Position numbers and translations under genes: made by a program
The notes under the pieces: model-generated
What the model saw: only the letters and a program-made list of their open reading frames with translations
Databases searched by the model: none
Told to the model about the DNA's origin: nothing
Assembly (NCBI GenBank): GCA_963923035.1
Contig: CAWUKT010000009.1
Coordinates: 64,163-128,162, forward strand
Direction of reading: 5' to 3'
DNA length: 64,000 nucleotides
DNA from: an uncultured bacterium
Lineage (GTDB): Bacteria; Bacteroidota; Bacteroidia; J057; JADKCL01
Shown here: in pieces, positions 38,235 through 48,473 of the stretch
Position numbering within the stretch: position 1 is the first letter of the stretch
Layout of the letters: the number at the start of each line of letters is the position of its first letter

Positions 38235-38773
38235 GCCTCCTGGCTCATCGCCAGGAGCTTACGGACCGTTTTCCAATTGCGATTTGTGGCGCGGGTCGCC
38301 CATTTCTTCTCGAACAGGCCGTGCTGGAGCTTCGTACGGGCCATGCCGTTCGGCAAGTACAGGTACACCGCCCGACCAATCAACTGAAATTGGTCGGGGA
38401 GGTACTTTTCCGGCGGGACCGCCGGAAGCAATTCGGCCGCGGGTGCCTCGCCCAGAACCGTCACCGACAAGCGGGCAATATTGGCCTCTTGCTCCGGAAG
38501 AAAGGGATTGCTCCGCTCAATTTCCGCCCATTCTTCCCCCGACAACACCATGACTTCCACTTCAAATCCCCATTTTTCCAGGATCAGTTCTTTTATCCTC
38601 ACCTCCAAAGCAGGAGTCGAATCTCCGGACTGAAAGACAATATTCCCACTCTGGATATAGGTTTGAACCTGCTGGAAGCCAGCGGCTCCAAGATGTTCCC
38701 GCAGGTCGGCCATTTTGATTTTGCGGTGTCCTCCGACATTGATGCCGCGGAGGAGAGCGATCATGGTTTGCAT
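38231..38773 (-). CDS. DUF1697 domain-containing protein
   Basis: The N-terminus MIALLRGINVGGHRKIKMADLREHL is the DUF1697 signature. Its stop overlaps the convergent upstream gene by 4 nt. Confidence 0.85.
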   Translation of the reverse strand: MQTMIALLRGINVGGHRKIKMADLREHLGAAGFQQVQTYIQSGNIVFQSGDSTPALEVRIKELILEKWGFEVEVMVLSGEEWAEIERSNPFLPEQEANIARLSVTVLGEAPAAELLPAVPPEKYLPDQFQLIGRAVYLYLPNGMARTKLQHGLFEKKWATRATNRNWKTVRKLLAMSQEA

Positions 38774-38837
38774 GGCGTAAAATAGAGAATATTGAATAAA
38801 GGGGATGAAAATGACGGGCCTTTTCTAAATTCAAGGT

Positions 38838-40436
38838 ATGAACATCCTCTTTCCCGGCCGTCACCACCTGTTGACCGATTTCCAATTCAAGTACCTGTAT
38901 CGGATCGTCCAAAATGGGCTCCTGGAAGAACCGGATGTCAATGGCAAGCCCCTGGGCATCAGTCAGCCGGTCACCCGGATTGTATTTGCCACTACCTCCG
39001 CCAACCACGCCAATACCCGCCGCAATCCGGTGCCCTTTTACCTGCGGGCCATGGCCCTGCTTGATTTCCAACAGGAGCTGGAAGTCCCCGGATTCGTCTT
39101 TCCCATCGACGACGTTGGCTACCTCAAAGATTTTGCTTCCTATACCCTGAAGAAAATCCGCCACGAGAGCGAAGGCATGGTCGACCTGACCCCCCAGAAT
39201 ACCGTGGTGGCCTGTTCCTCGCCGGTCCTCAAGATGTACGAGGACCTCGGATTCCGCATTCTACCCGTCGAGCTTGCGGATCGAAAGACCGAAGAATTGA
39301 GCACCCACAGTCCGTGGGACCTGGTGGAGATGATCGCCCAAACCGAGGGCGATTGGCTCCGCAACCGGGAAGTTTTCGACCATGTGCACCAGGCCAGCTA
39401 CCTCATTTGGTCCCGTTACCGCCTGGGTCCGAAGGTGCAGCGCTTGTTTTCAGACAATATGCTCGGGGCCGATGGCGACCTCACCGAATCCCGCGATTAC
39501 AACAGCTATGTCCGCCAAATGGACGAAATCGCCGAGCTCAAATTCAAGGAAACCCGCCCATTTATCCGGCCGGGCCGGATTGGCGACATCGGCTGCGCCG
39601 TCGGGACCTGGCTGGCCTACGTCAGCCACGACGAACGCTTTCGCGAATCCGATCTGATCGGCATTGAGATTGCCTTTCGCCTATACCGCATTTGCCTCCA
39701 ACGCAAAGAAAACGGCGCTTTCGGCAACCCCAACATCTTCTTCGCCCAGAAAAATGCAGTGGCCGGACTCTGTTTCGAGCCCATGTCCATGCACACGATC
39801 CATACGTCCTCACTGACCCACGAAATCGAATCCTACGGCGGCCACGCCGACTTATTGGCCTTCATCCAGAACCGTTACGCCGAACTTGCGCCGGGCGGAG
39901 TGTGGATCAACCGGGACGTGCTGGGCCCCGACCGGCCCGATGAAGAAATTTGGTTGCGGCTCGAAGAGGGAGACGGGCGGAACTACGACTGGGAAACGCC
40001 AGTGCAGGAAGGAGAGGCTCTGGAAAGCTATCTAAATGGTCTCAGCACCCACGCCCGATTTTTGCGGTTTGCGCGTGATTTTCGGCGGGAAGAAGGCTAC
40101 GATTTCCAGTTTGAATGGAAGGAGTACGAGAGCCAGCAATACGCGGTATTGTCGCTGCGGGATGCGATGGAGTTCATTTCGAAAAAGGACTATACCGGCA
40201 ATTGGCAGAGCGAAATGCACGAGATGTTCTGCTTTTGGAACTACGAGGATTGGATGGTCGCGCTCAAGGAGGCGGGCTTCCACATTGCGGCGGGCTCGTC
40301 CAAGTACACCAATCAATGGCTGGTGGACAACCGTTACCGGGGCAAAGCGGACCTATTTTTGATGGAAGAGGGGAAATTGAAGCCGCGCGAATATCCGGTG
40401 ACCCACATGCTGATGGTCGCGGAGAAGCGCTTGTAA
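38838..40436 (+). CDS. Fusion protein: HIGH-type nucleotidyltransferase-like N-domain plus class I SAM-dependent methyltransferase domain
   Basis: The N-terminus MNILFPGRHHLLTDFQFKYL resembles the GRFxxxHxGH loop of NMN/cytidylyl-transferases. The middle RPGRIGDIGCAVGTWL is MTase motif I, and ELAPGGVWINRD is a later MTase motif. Confidence 0.75.
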   Translation: MNILFPGRHHLLTDFQFKYLYRIVQNGLLEEPDVNGKPLGISQPVTRIVFATTSANHANTRRNPVPFYLRAMALLDFQQELEVPGFVFPIDDVGYLKDFASYTLKKIRHESEGMVDLTPQNTVVACSSPVLKMYEDLGFRILPVELADRKTEELSTHSPWDLVEMIAQTEGDWLRNREVFDHVHQASYLIWSRYRLGPKVQRLFSDNMLGADGDLTESRDYNSYVRQMDEIAELKFKETRPFIRPGRIGDIGCAVGTWLAYVSHDERFRESDLIGIEIAFRLYRICLQRKENGAFGNPNIFFAQKNAVAGLCFEPMSMHTIHTSSLTHEIESYGGHADLLAFIQNRYAELAPGGVWINRDVLGPDRPDEEIWLRLEEGDGRNYDWETPVQEGEALESYLNGLSTHARFLRFARDFRREEGYDFQFEWKEYESQQYAVLSLRDAMEFISKKDYTGNWQSEMHEMFCFWNYEDWMVALKEAGFHIAAGSSKYTNQWLVDNRYRGKADLFLMEEGKLKPREYPVTHMLMVAEKRL

Positions 40437-40442
40437 GCAGCG

Positions 40443-43025
40443 CTAGAAGCGCATGATCACCCGCACGTTCAGAAGGCGGGCCGAAAGGAAATTGGGAACA
40501 GCAAATTGGGAATTGAAGATGTCCTTGATCCAGGTATAGGAAATCGTGTTCGCCCGTTGGAAGAGGTTGAAGATTTCCGCGGAAACCCACATGCTTTGCA
40601 ATCCAAATTTCTTGTCGTCCAACTCTTCCGGTGTCTTGAAGAGAATGAGCTTCGAGAAGCCCAAATCGACGCGTTGGTAGGAGGGAAGGGGCAAAACCGT
40701 TCGTGATTCCACCTGGCCGGGGAACCCATAACGGAGGCCGCTGCCGTAGACGAAGTTGATATGGGCCTTGTAGGTCGGATTGAATGGCAATTCATCCTGA
40801 AAATACATGGAAAAATTCAGGCGCTGGTCGGTGGGGCGGGAAACAAAGCCCGAGTCCGGCAATTGTTCCAAACGCTCCTCGGTCCGCAACAGGCCGACAT
40901 TCAGCCAAGAATCCAATCCCCGTATAAATTCTCCCGTCACCCGAAAATCAGCCCCGTACGCGTAGCCATCGGCTGTGAACTCGGGATAATAACGCAAGCG
41001 CACATTGTCGATTTCGTAGGGGACGAGGTTCTCCAGGTACTTGTAATAGCCTTCCACCATCAATTTGAAGGGGCGGTCCCAAATTTTAAAGAGGTAATCC
41101 CCCCCGGCGATGAGGTGGTAGGACGTTTGGGCGGGCCGTTGCGTGAACAATGTCCCATCAAAGGAGCGCATCTCGCGGTAAAACAGGGGCTGATGGTACA
41201 TCCCAGCCGCAAAACGGATCTGGTAGCGGCGTTCATCGCTCCGCGTGTACATGGATTGGTCCATGTCATTCCGGGTGGAAGAGGCCGGATCGATCACAAA
41301 CTGGACCCGGGGAGCCACGAGGAACTGCTCGTTCAGGCTGTTGTAGATGGCGCGGGCGCCAAAGATCAAGCGCTTGGACTTGTCAGGAGACAATTTCCAG
41401 TGGTCCTGGACATAGACTTTGACCAAGGAACTGTTCAGAGTGGCTGTGGTGCGGAAGCTCTCGTCCAAGGAAAAATATCCGGCGGAATCCGTACCGCTCC
41501 ATTCTTTCAATTGGTCGTCGATCAACTGCTGTTGGGCGCGGACACCCCAGCTGATCTTGTGCCGGAAATCCCGGCCCGGGAACCAGTCGCCCCGTTGCTC
41601 GGCGGCAAACACATTTGCCAGCAAGTAGTTCCGGCCGTGGCGGTAAAAAGTACCGATTCCCCGGTCAAAAGTCGTTTCCGTATAGCCTTCCGAACCGAAA
41701 TTGGTATTGACGTCGCTGAGGAAATAGCCGCCTTCGACATCAAACAATTCCACTTCCGAGGTCTGGAAAGCGGTGAAGATATACTTCATCTTCAGGCGCG
41801 CGTTGGGGCGGTGCTCCACGGTGAAAGCGCCCAACCCGGTGCTGTACGCGGACAAGTCCTGGCCGACAAATGCCACCTGCAAGCGGAAGGCATTCTGGAT
41901 GCTTCCGAAGGAAGTTTCACGGCTTTGGGGGGTGAAGAGATAGTTGTTGGAAGCGTAATTGAAGAAAAACGAGAACTTCAACCGGTCCCGGTTGTAATAG
42001 ATCGTGTCCATAGAACCGTCCCGGCGTTCCCGCACCTTCATGGTTTTGATCTTCTGGCGGGGACGGTAGGTCAGCATGCCCTGGAAGTCCAGAAACCGGG
42101 GCCGGTATTCCCCCTGGGTATCCAGGGAATTCAGGACATAACTCGGAGTAAAGCGACGAAACCCGGCCAGGTAGCCAAATTTGCGGGGGCGATACTCTTG
42201 GGTCGAGCCGAATTCTTCTTTGTTTTCCTTGTCCTTCTGCACAAAACTTCCCTGGATGTCGATGTTCTGGTTCAAAATCCCCAGTTCCACCGATCCGTGC
42301 AATTCATCGGGATCGGCGTAGGTCACATCGAGGACCGAAGACATCTTGTCGCCGTATTTGGCCTGGAAGCCGCCGGAGCTGAAGCCGACCTCGGAAGCGA
42401 GGTTGGGATTGACAAAGCCGAGGCCTTCCTGTTGCCCGGTCCGGATCAGGAAGGGGCGGTAAATCTCGATGTCGTTGACGTAGATGAGGTTTTCATCGAA
42501 GTTTCCCCCGCGTACGCGGTACTGGGAGGACAATTCGCTGTTTTGGACAACCCCGGCCCCCATGGTGGCGAGCTTGCTGCTCAGGTCGCTTTTGACCGAG
42601 GTGATTTCTGTGACGCGTTTGGGATCAATGGGAATGAGCTGGCGGAACGCGCGCTCGGGATCGGTGATGTCAGTGGGATCTTTTTGGTCGGTGATGCGGA
42701 CCTGGTCCAGCGTATAGGACGCCTCCATCTTGGCGGGAACGCGCTTGACTTCATTGGGGACGAGGGAAAATTCCTTGCGGACGTCTTCGAAGGAAGGAGC
42801 AGAAAAGTCCAGGTAGTGCTTCCCCACCGGCAACTGCATTTCGTAGCGCCCCAACGAATCGGTAAACGTGACCTTTCCGTAAGCCTTCTCCTGCACCTTT
42901 ACGGAATCAATGGGCCGGTTGTATTCGTCGAATACCCGTCCCTTGACCGTTGCCTTCTGGGCCATCAAGAGTCCCGGAAGCGCCAGCAAAAGCACACACA
43001 AAAAGGCCTTTTCCCACATATTCAT
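40443..43025 (-). CDS. TonB-dependent receptor with N-terminal carboxypeptidase-regulatory-like domain
   Basis: Signal peptide, then ATVKGRVFDEYNRPIDSVKVQ (CarboxypepD_reg), a plug region, an 860-aa barrel, and a C-terminal ..LLNVRVIMRF. Confidence 0.9.
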   Translation of the reverse strand: MNMWEKAFLCVLLLALPGLLMAQKATVKGRVFDEYNRPIDSVKVQEKAYGKVTFTDSLGRYEMQLPVGKHYLDFSAPSFEDVRKEFSLVPNEVKRVPAKMEASYTLDQVRITDQKDPTDITDPERAFRQLIPIDPKRVTEITSVKSDLSSKLATMGAGVVQNSELSSQYRVRGGNFDENLIYVNDIEIYRPFLIRTGQQEGLGFVNPNLASEVGFSSGGFQAKYGDKMSSVLDVTYADPDELHGSVELGILNQNIDIQGSFVQKDKENKEEFGSTQEYRPRKFGYLAGFRRFTPSYVLNSLDTQGEYRPRFLDFQGMLTYRPRQKIKTMKVRERRDGSMDTIYYNRDRLKFSFFFNYASNNYLFTPQSRETSFGSIQNAFRLQVAFVGQDLSAYSTGLGAFTVEHRPNARLKMKYIFTAFQTSEVELFDVEGGYFLSDVNTNFGSEGYTETTFDRGIGTFYRHGRNYLLANVFAAEQRGDWFPGRDFRHKISWGVRAQQQLIDDQLKEWSGTDSAGYFSLDESFRTTATLNSSLVKVYVQDHWKLSPDKSKRLIFGARAIYNSLNEQFLVAPRVQFVIDPASSTRNDMDQSMYTRSDERRYQIRFAAGMYHQPLFYREMRSFDGTLFTQRPAQTSYHLIAGGDYLFKIWDRPFKLMVEGYYKYLENLVPYEIDNVRLRYYPEFTADGYAYGADFRVTGEFIRGLDSWLNVGLLRTEERLEQLPDSGFVSRPTDQRLNFSMYFQDELPFNPTYKAHINFVYGSGLRYGFPGQVESRTVLPLPSYQRVDLGFSKLILFKTPEELDDKKFGLQSMWVSAEIFNLFQRANTISYTWIKDIFNSQFAVPNFLSARLLNVRVIMRF

Positions 43026-43122
43026 TGACCAAAGATAGCAATTCCAATGAGGGAGAAATAGGAAAAATCAAATGCCCTGATGGGGACGACAGCCAAATGG
43101 CTTCCGCATCCGACAAATGCGC

Positions 43123-45225
43123 TTATTGTACGACCAATTGGCGTCGGAGGACGCCCTGTTGATCCTGCAATTGCAGGACATAGAGGCCACGGGGCAGTTC
43201 CATCCGGAACTCCCCGGTCGCTCCATCCACCGCCCCGTGGTGAATTTCCCGGCCATCCACCCCAAACACCCGCACTGCAACCACCCCGCTCAACCCCGAA
43301 AACTGCACCCTGACATCGCCCTGCGCCGGATGCGGTACCACTTCCACCCAACGCTCCGCCCCACAATCCATCCGCAAGACGGCGGACACATGCTGTTGGC
43401 CATCAACGTCAATCTGGCGGAGCCGAAAATTCGAGTGAACATGCGCCTCAGCAGGCAAAGAAAGGCGATATTCCCGCAAAAGCGCGCTGTTACCAGTGGC
43501 CTTGACCCGTCCCCATTCCGTCCATTCCGCCCCATTCTCCGTTCCTTCCACCACAAACCAATCCGCATTTTCCTCCTGCCACGTCCCCCATTTGACCTCC
43601 CTCACCGGGCTGCATTCCCCTTCCCAGTACGCCAGTGCCACCGGAAGAATGCAGTTGATGGTAAATGTCCCGCTGGTATCCTCGCAGACGCCCTTGGAGA
43701 CAATCACATTGAACGCGCCGGTCGCCCCATTCAACGCAAAAAACGTATCCGTGGCCGCCGGGTCGACGACGCCATTGACCATCCACTGGTAGGAATCGAA
43801 GGTATTGTCCACAAACAAGGTATCGGGACAATTTCCGCCGGTGATGGGCGCGACGATCTCGGGAATGGAGTCAAATCCGCTGAAATAGCCGCCGTAGGAG
43901 GAAGGGCCGCGATAGCCGTACATGCCCACCACAGCAATCGAGGAGGACTGTACCCGGATATTGCCTGTCAGGCCGTGGACGCGGTAGGCTTGGAAGGAAG
44001 ACCCTGGGACATTGACCGGGGCAACCGGAACCGGGCCGCCATTGAAGGTGACCGTGGAGCCGCCGTAGGTAATCAGGTTGATGTTGCCGGTATAGGAGAT
44101 GGTGTCGACGAGGTTGAGGTTGGGGATGAAGTCGACGAACCGCTCGGTGAGGCATGAGACGGGCGGGAGAAAATTGAGGCCCCAATTGGCCCATGAGTTG
44201 CGGCCAAACATGACCTGCCAGACGTAGGCGGGTTGGGACGTCTGGATGAACATGACGCTGTCCGCGTTGTAGAAGCTGCCGGGAATTTCTGCAAATTCCC
44301 CCGCGTCGAGGGTGGCGAAGGGAATCGCCGAGCCATTCAGAAAGATTTCGGTATTGTTCTGGTTCCCAATCACAATCGCCTTTTCCTTGTCATTCGATCC
44401 CGCTCCCTGGAGCAATACATACTGCGTTCCCAACAGGTTTTCCGCCACCGGCTGGTCAAAGCCGACGTCCCAGTTGCCGCTGGCCCACGAGGCGAGCCAG
44501 TTGCCCATGACCGTGACCACGGGACGATTGGAAGTAATGAGGCGGCCCAGGATGCTGTCCATCGGCGGGGTTCCGTTGGCCAGGGCGTTGGCGGCGAAGG
44601 TATAGGTTTCGCCGCGGTTGAGGTTGAAAGCGAGGACATTGGCATTGGCGTCGGGCGCGTTGGGACCGAAGAGAGTGATCCCGGTTCCCGTCAGGTCGAC
44701 GACGACATTGGTATTGTTCTCGGTTCCCATGACCGTCATGGTGGCATAGGAAATATTATCCGGTAGGCTGCGCACGTGGGCGACCCGAAAGCTGGTCCCG
44801 AAAGCCTTGGTTCCTTTCGCGGTAATGGAAAGGCTCTGGTTATTGCCCACGACCTGGTACCTGAGATTGGCATAAATGGGCTCGTCGGCCTGAATGATGA
44901 AGCCTTTGTCAGAAAGTACCGAATCCAGCAGGCCGGTGGGCACGAAGAAGTCCGGGTTATTCCCATTGAGTCGGTAAATAGCGGCCGCAGCATTCGGAAC
45001 CGTCCCCGCCTGGAGCAAGTTGCCGGCCCCATCCCGGATGGAATAGTTGACGGGATTGATGGAGGGCGTAGAAATGTACAGGGCGCCTTGGTTGGGCGAA
45101 CTGTGGCAGTGCCCGACGGGAGGAATGAAGTGGACGGTGTCGAGCTGGGCGTGGCTGGACAATGGCAAGAAAAGGGCGTACACCAGAAGTGCACTCAGCA
45201 ATTGGAGCGTTCTGTTGATCATCAC
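43123..45225 (-). CDS. Secreted beta-rich protein with T9SS C-terminal sorting domain
   Basis: Signal peptide MMINRTLQLLSALLVYALFLPLSSHAQ. C-terminus VEVVPHPAQGDVRVQF..VRVFGVDGREI..LPRGLYVLQLQ is a T9SS CTD. Confidence 0.85.
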   Translation of the reverse strand: MMINRTLQLLSALLVYALFLPLSSHAQLDTVHFIPPVGHCHSSPNQGALYISTPSINPVNYSIRDGAGNLLQAGTVPNAAAAIYRLNGNNPDFFVPTGLLDSVLSDKGFIIQADEPIYANLRYQVVGNNQSLSITAKGTKAFGTSFRVAHVRSLPDNISYATMTVMGTENNTNVVVDLTGTGITLFGPNAPDANANVLAFNLNRGETYTFAANALANGTPPMDSILGRLITSNRPVVTVMGNWLASWASGNWDVGFDQPVAENLLGTQYVLLQGAGSNDKEKAIVIGNQNNTEIFLNGSAIPFATLDAGEFAEIPGSFYNADSVMFIQTSQPAYVWQVMFGRNSWANWGLNFLPPVSCLTERFVDFIPNLNLVDTISYTGNINLITYGGSTVTFNGGPVPVAPVNVPGSSFQAYRVHGLTGNIRVQSSSIAVVGMYGYRGPSSYGGYFSGFDSIPEIVAPITGGNCPDTLFVDNTFDSYQWMVNGVVDPAATDTFFALNGATGAFNVIVSKGVCEDTSGTFTINCILPVALAYWEGECSPVREVKWGTWQEENADWFVVEGTENGAEWTEWGRVKATGNSALLREYRLSLPAEAHVHSNFRLRQIDVDGQQHVSAVLRMDCGAERWVEVVPHPAQGDVRVQFSGLSGVVAVRVFGVDGREIHHGAVDGATGEFRMELPRGLYVLQLQDQQGVLRRQLVVQ

Positions 45226-45527
45226 GAAAAAATAAAGCGCTGTACCTCCGGTAAATGGAAGAGAAAGCGGGTGAATCGAATCAAATAACTGTTTTGTAAG
45301 AGCGTTTAGCGTTCAGTTTGAAGGTAGGGATAAATGAAAGGCGAAAAACCCGGAGCGGGGCATTTATTGAAATGTTAACATCAAAATACCAGAAAATACG
45401 CATTGAGGTGAGGGGAGCCATAAGGGAAATGCAGGAGTAGGCAGGGAAAGGGCGGTGGGAGCAGGAATTAGTTGGCGGAGGAAAAATGTAAATTGCCCCA
45501 AACCCACGACCTCAATTCTCAATCCCA

Positions 45528-46052
45528 ATGCCATCGGTTGATTCCAATTCGTCTATTCCCATTCGGCTCCAACGTGTAGTTCAGGAGATGCGGCCTCTTC
45601 TGAGCCATTATTTGGGTATTTACCTGGCGGATTTGAATGGGGGGCAACCCCATTCGGGGCCCGAAGGAGAAGATTTTGACTATCCCTACTTGGATTTGTA
45701 CTGGACCGAGCCGGAGCGGCACCCATTTTTCATTGAGGTTGGGGGAGAAGTCGCGGGTTTCGTCCTGGTGAATACCCATACCCGACTGACTGCGCGCAGC
45801 CCGGTGCACGCCATCGCCGAATTCTTTATCCGCAAGCGTTTCCGCAGGCAAGGAATCGGTCGGCAAGCGGTCCAACTCGTCCTCACCCAATTTCCCGGTG
45901 CCTGGGAGGTGGTATGGCAAAAACAAAACTTGGCCGCCCGGAACTTTTGGCCGTTGGTGCTTTCGCCTTTCATCGCGGACGCTACCTTAAAGGTGCAGGA
46001 AACACCAGATCGCGATGGGGAAGGGCTTGTTTTTGACGTTGGAGGAGAATAA
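45528..46052 (+). CDS. GNAT-family N-acetyltransferase
   Basis: Acetyl-CoA binding motif EFFIRKRFRRQGIGRQAV (Q/RxxGxG). Confidence 0.8.
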   Translation: MPSVDSNSSIPIRLQRVVQEMRPLLSHYLGIYLADLNGGQPHSGPEGEDFDYPYLDLYWTEPERHPFFIEVGGEVAGFVLVNTHTRLTARSPVHAIAEFFIRKRFRRQGIGRQAVQLVLTQFPGAWEVVWQKQNLAARNFWPLVLSPFIADATLKVQETPDRDGEGLVFDVGGE

Positions 46053-46129
46053 AGGGATAAGTTCTGAGTTGGAAAATAAAATGTGAAAATTGGTTCAATT
46101 AAACGTTTGATTATTAGGGTATAATAATA

Positions 46130-46169
46130 AAAAATGAGCAATTAAATGCTAAATTAATTGCTCATTTTT
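46130..46169. terminator. Bidirectional terminator-like perfect 16-bp inverted repeat
   Basis: aaaaatgagcaattaa (46130-46145) pairs with ttaattgctcattttt (46154-46169), with an 8-nt loop. Sits between convergent genes. The A/T runs form part of the arms. Confidence 0.65.
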
Positions 46170-46194
46170 ATTGAATGCTTCTTTTTTCCCTTCT

Positions 46195-48282
46195 TTACCG
46201 ACCACCCGACTGGCCGAACTCATTCTCTTTCAGGCTCCGGTCGAGCCAATCAAAGAAAACGCGGTGCCAGAGGACGCCATTCTGCGGGCTTTGCACCCAG
46301 TGGCCCTCGCCCGGGAAGTAAAGGAAACGGGCGGGAACACCGCGCAGCTTGGCGGCGTTGAAGGCTTCCATGCCTTGGTTGATCGGGACCCGGAAGTCCT
46401 TTTCCCCGTGGATGACCAGGATCGGGGTGTCCCAGTTCTGAACGAACTTATGCGGGCTGAAGGCCTCGTAGCTTTTCGGTTTCGGACTGTCCCAATAGGC
46501 GCCCTTGATGTCGAAATTGGCGAAGAACATCTCCTCCGTCGCTGCGTACCAGCTTTCCAGGTTGTAAAGGCCGCAGTGGGAAATGAAGGACTTGAAGCGG
46601 CCTTCGTGGATCCCCGCCAGTTGGTACACCGAATACCCGCCGTAGCTGGCTCCAACTGCGCCCAATTTGTCTTCGTCCGCATACTTTTCTTTGGCCACAT
46701 CGTCGATGGCGGCCAGGTAATCCTGCATCGATTGTCCACCCCAATCGCCCGAAATGGCCTCGTTCCATTCCTCGCCAAAGCTCGGAAGACCCCGCCGGTT
46801 CGGCGCCACGATGATATAGTCGCTCGCGGCCATCAACTGGAAGTTCCAGCGAAAGCTGAAAAACTGGCTGACGGCGCTCTGGGGACCGCCCTGGCAGTAC
46901 AGCAGCGTCGGATACTTCTTGTTCGGATCGAAATTCGGAGGGTAGATGACCCAGGTCAGCATGTCCTTGTTGTCCGTGGTACGCACGGTGCGGGGGACAA
47001 CCTTGCCCCATTCCACATCCGCCAGCAATTGCTGGTTGATATTGCTGATTTCGCGGGCCTCACCGGTTTCCGGATTGATGAGGAACAGCTCCTTGGGGTA
47101 GCTCATGGTGGTCCGGGAACCGATCAGCCAACCTTTGGCCGCTTCGTGGACCGAATAAAAATTGTGCTGACCCGTGGTGATCTGCTTGACCGGGCTCGGA
47201 TCGTCTTTGCTGACTTCGGTTTTAAAAATCTGATAGGTGGCCTGGACCGGCGCCGTGAAGTAGATCGTTTTGCTGTCGGAAGACCAGGCCAGGTGCCCGG
47301 CGGGGTGGGGGAAGCCCTTGGTCAATTCCATTTTATTGCCGGTGGCCATTTCCATGACGAAAATCCGGTTGCGATCGCTTTCGTAACCGTCCCGTTCCAT
47401 GCTCAACCACGCCATCCACTGGCCATCCGGCGAGAAAGTGGCCTCCATGTCGTACCCCATCATGCCTTGGGTCAGGTTTTCGGTTTTGCCGTCGACATGG
47501 TGATAGAGATCGGTATTGGTGCTTTTGGCCCATTCAACCTTGTCTGCAGTCTTTTTGCAGGCGTAGACGACATTGCCGTCGGGGGTAACCGTATATTGTT
47601 CGCTGCCGCCAAACGGCGGAACGGGGGAGTCAAAGCGCTCGCCTTCCAATACATCCATGCCGCCCTTGCTCATCTTTCCAGCGGCCGGATAGGGCATGGT
47701 AAAGACGTGGGAATAGGCATAATCGTGCCATTGGTTCCAGTGGCGGTACATCAGGTCGTCGATGATGCGGGCATCGGCCTGGGGTAGGTCTTCGTAGAGT
47801 TCATTGACCGTCTGGTCCAGTTTGACCGACTTGCTGTACACGATTTGGTCCTTCGGGCCCAATTCGAAGTCGCTAATCCCACCGTCGATGTCGGTGATGC
47901 GGTTCCGGTCCGACCCATCTGCATTCATTTCCCAGATCTGCATGGCACCATCTTCCACGGCCATGAAGGCAATTTTGCCGTTCGAAGTCCAACGGGCATT
48001 GTATTCGCTGACGTCCGGCGTTTCGGTGATCTGCTTCACCTTGGATTTGGGGAAGCCTTTTTTGGAAGAAAAGTCGAGGTCGATCAGGTACAAGTCCCGG
48101 GAACCCTTGTTTTCTGACAATTCGTAATACGTGACCCCAAACATGATTTTCTGGCCGTCCGGGGAGACTTGCTCGTCGCTGACCCGTCCGATTTTCCACA
48201 GCAATTCAGGGGTGAGGCGCTGTTGGGCCGAGAGTGAGGAGACCAACAGACCGAGGAACAACAGTCCCAATAGCTTTTTCAT
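46195..48282 (-). CDS. S9-family serine peptidase (prolyl oligopeptidase / dipeptidyl peptidase-like)
   Basis: Signal peptide MKKLLGLLFLGLLVSSLSAQ, beta-propeller N-half, nucleophile elbow GASYGGYS, and a C-terminal alpha/beta hydrolase region with ..HGEKDFRVP.. and ..GEGHW... Confidence 0.9.
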   Translation of the reverse strand: MKKLLGLLFLGLLVSSLSAQQRLTPELLWKIGRVSDEQVSPDGQKIMFGVTYYELSENKGSRDLYLIDLDFSSKKGFPKSKVKQITETPDVSEYNARWTSNGKIAFMAVEDGAMQIWEMNADGSDRNRITDIDGGISDFELGPKDQIVYSKSVKLDQTVNELYEDLPQADARIIDDLMYRHWNQWHDYAYSHVFTMPYPAAGKMSKGGMDVLEGERFDSPVPPFGGSEQYTVTPDGNVVYACKKTADKVEWAKSTNTDLYHHVDGKTENLTQGMMGYDMEATFSPDGQWMAWLSMERDGYESDRNRIFVMEMATGNKMELTKGFPHPAGHLAWSSDSKTIYFTAPVQATYQIFKTEVSKDDPSPVKQITTGQHNFYSVHEAAKGWLIGSRTTMSYPKELFLINPETGEAREISNINQQLLADVEWGKVVPRTVRTTDNKDMLTWVIYPPNFDPNKKYPTLLYCQGGPQSAVSQFFSFRWNFQLMAASDYIIVAPNRRGLPSFGEEWNEAISGDWGGQSMQDYLAAIDDVAKEKYADEDKLGAVGASYGGYSVYQLAGIHEGRFKSFISHCGLYNLESWYAATEEMFFANFDIKGAYWDSPKPKSYEAFSPHKFVQNWDTPILVIHGEKDFRVPINQGMEAFNAAKLRGVPARFLYFPGEGHWVQSPQNGVLWHRVFFDWLDRSLKENEFGQSGGR

Positions 48283-48473
48283 ACTTCCAGTCAATTTTTT
48301 TTATGGTCTGCAAAATAGTAAAAACAGCCCGTAAAGACGAGAGGGGGCGTCAGAAAGGCCAATTGAAGACAGGAGCTGGAGAAATGATCCAAAAGGGTTG
48401 AGTGAATTGTGAACTTTTTTGCTATTTGGAGTTTACTGTATAAAGGTTCGTCAGCAAAATAATAGTCAAGTCA

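Noticed and set aside
40761-43028. 755-aa plus-strand ORF opposite the TonB-dependent receptor.
   Set aside because: Antisense shadow ORF. The minus strand has a signal peptide, a CarboxypepD_reg domain, a plug/barrel and a terminal Phe.
43026-43122. Possible cobalamin or other riboswitch upstream of the TonB-dependent receptor.
   Set aside because: The spacer is only 97 nt and must also hold the end of the upstream transcript. No B12-box-like sequence or extended conserved structure is visible.
46171-47787. 538-aa plus-strand ORF. Similar antisense ORFs lie at 57130-58545 (+) and 62662-63780 (-).
   Set aside because: All three are antisense to genes with clear catalytic motifs (S9 peptidase, fumarylacetoacetase, cystathionine beta-synthase). 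They are typical long shadow ORFs of high-GC coding DNA.
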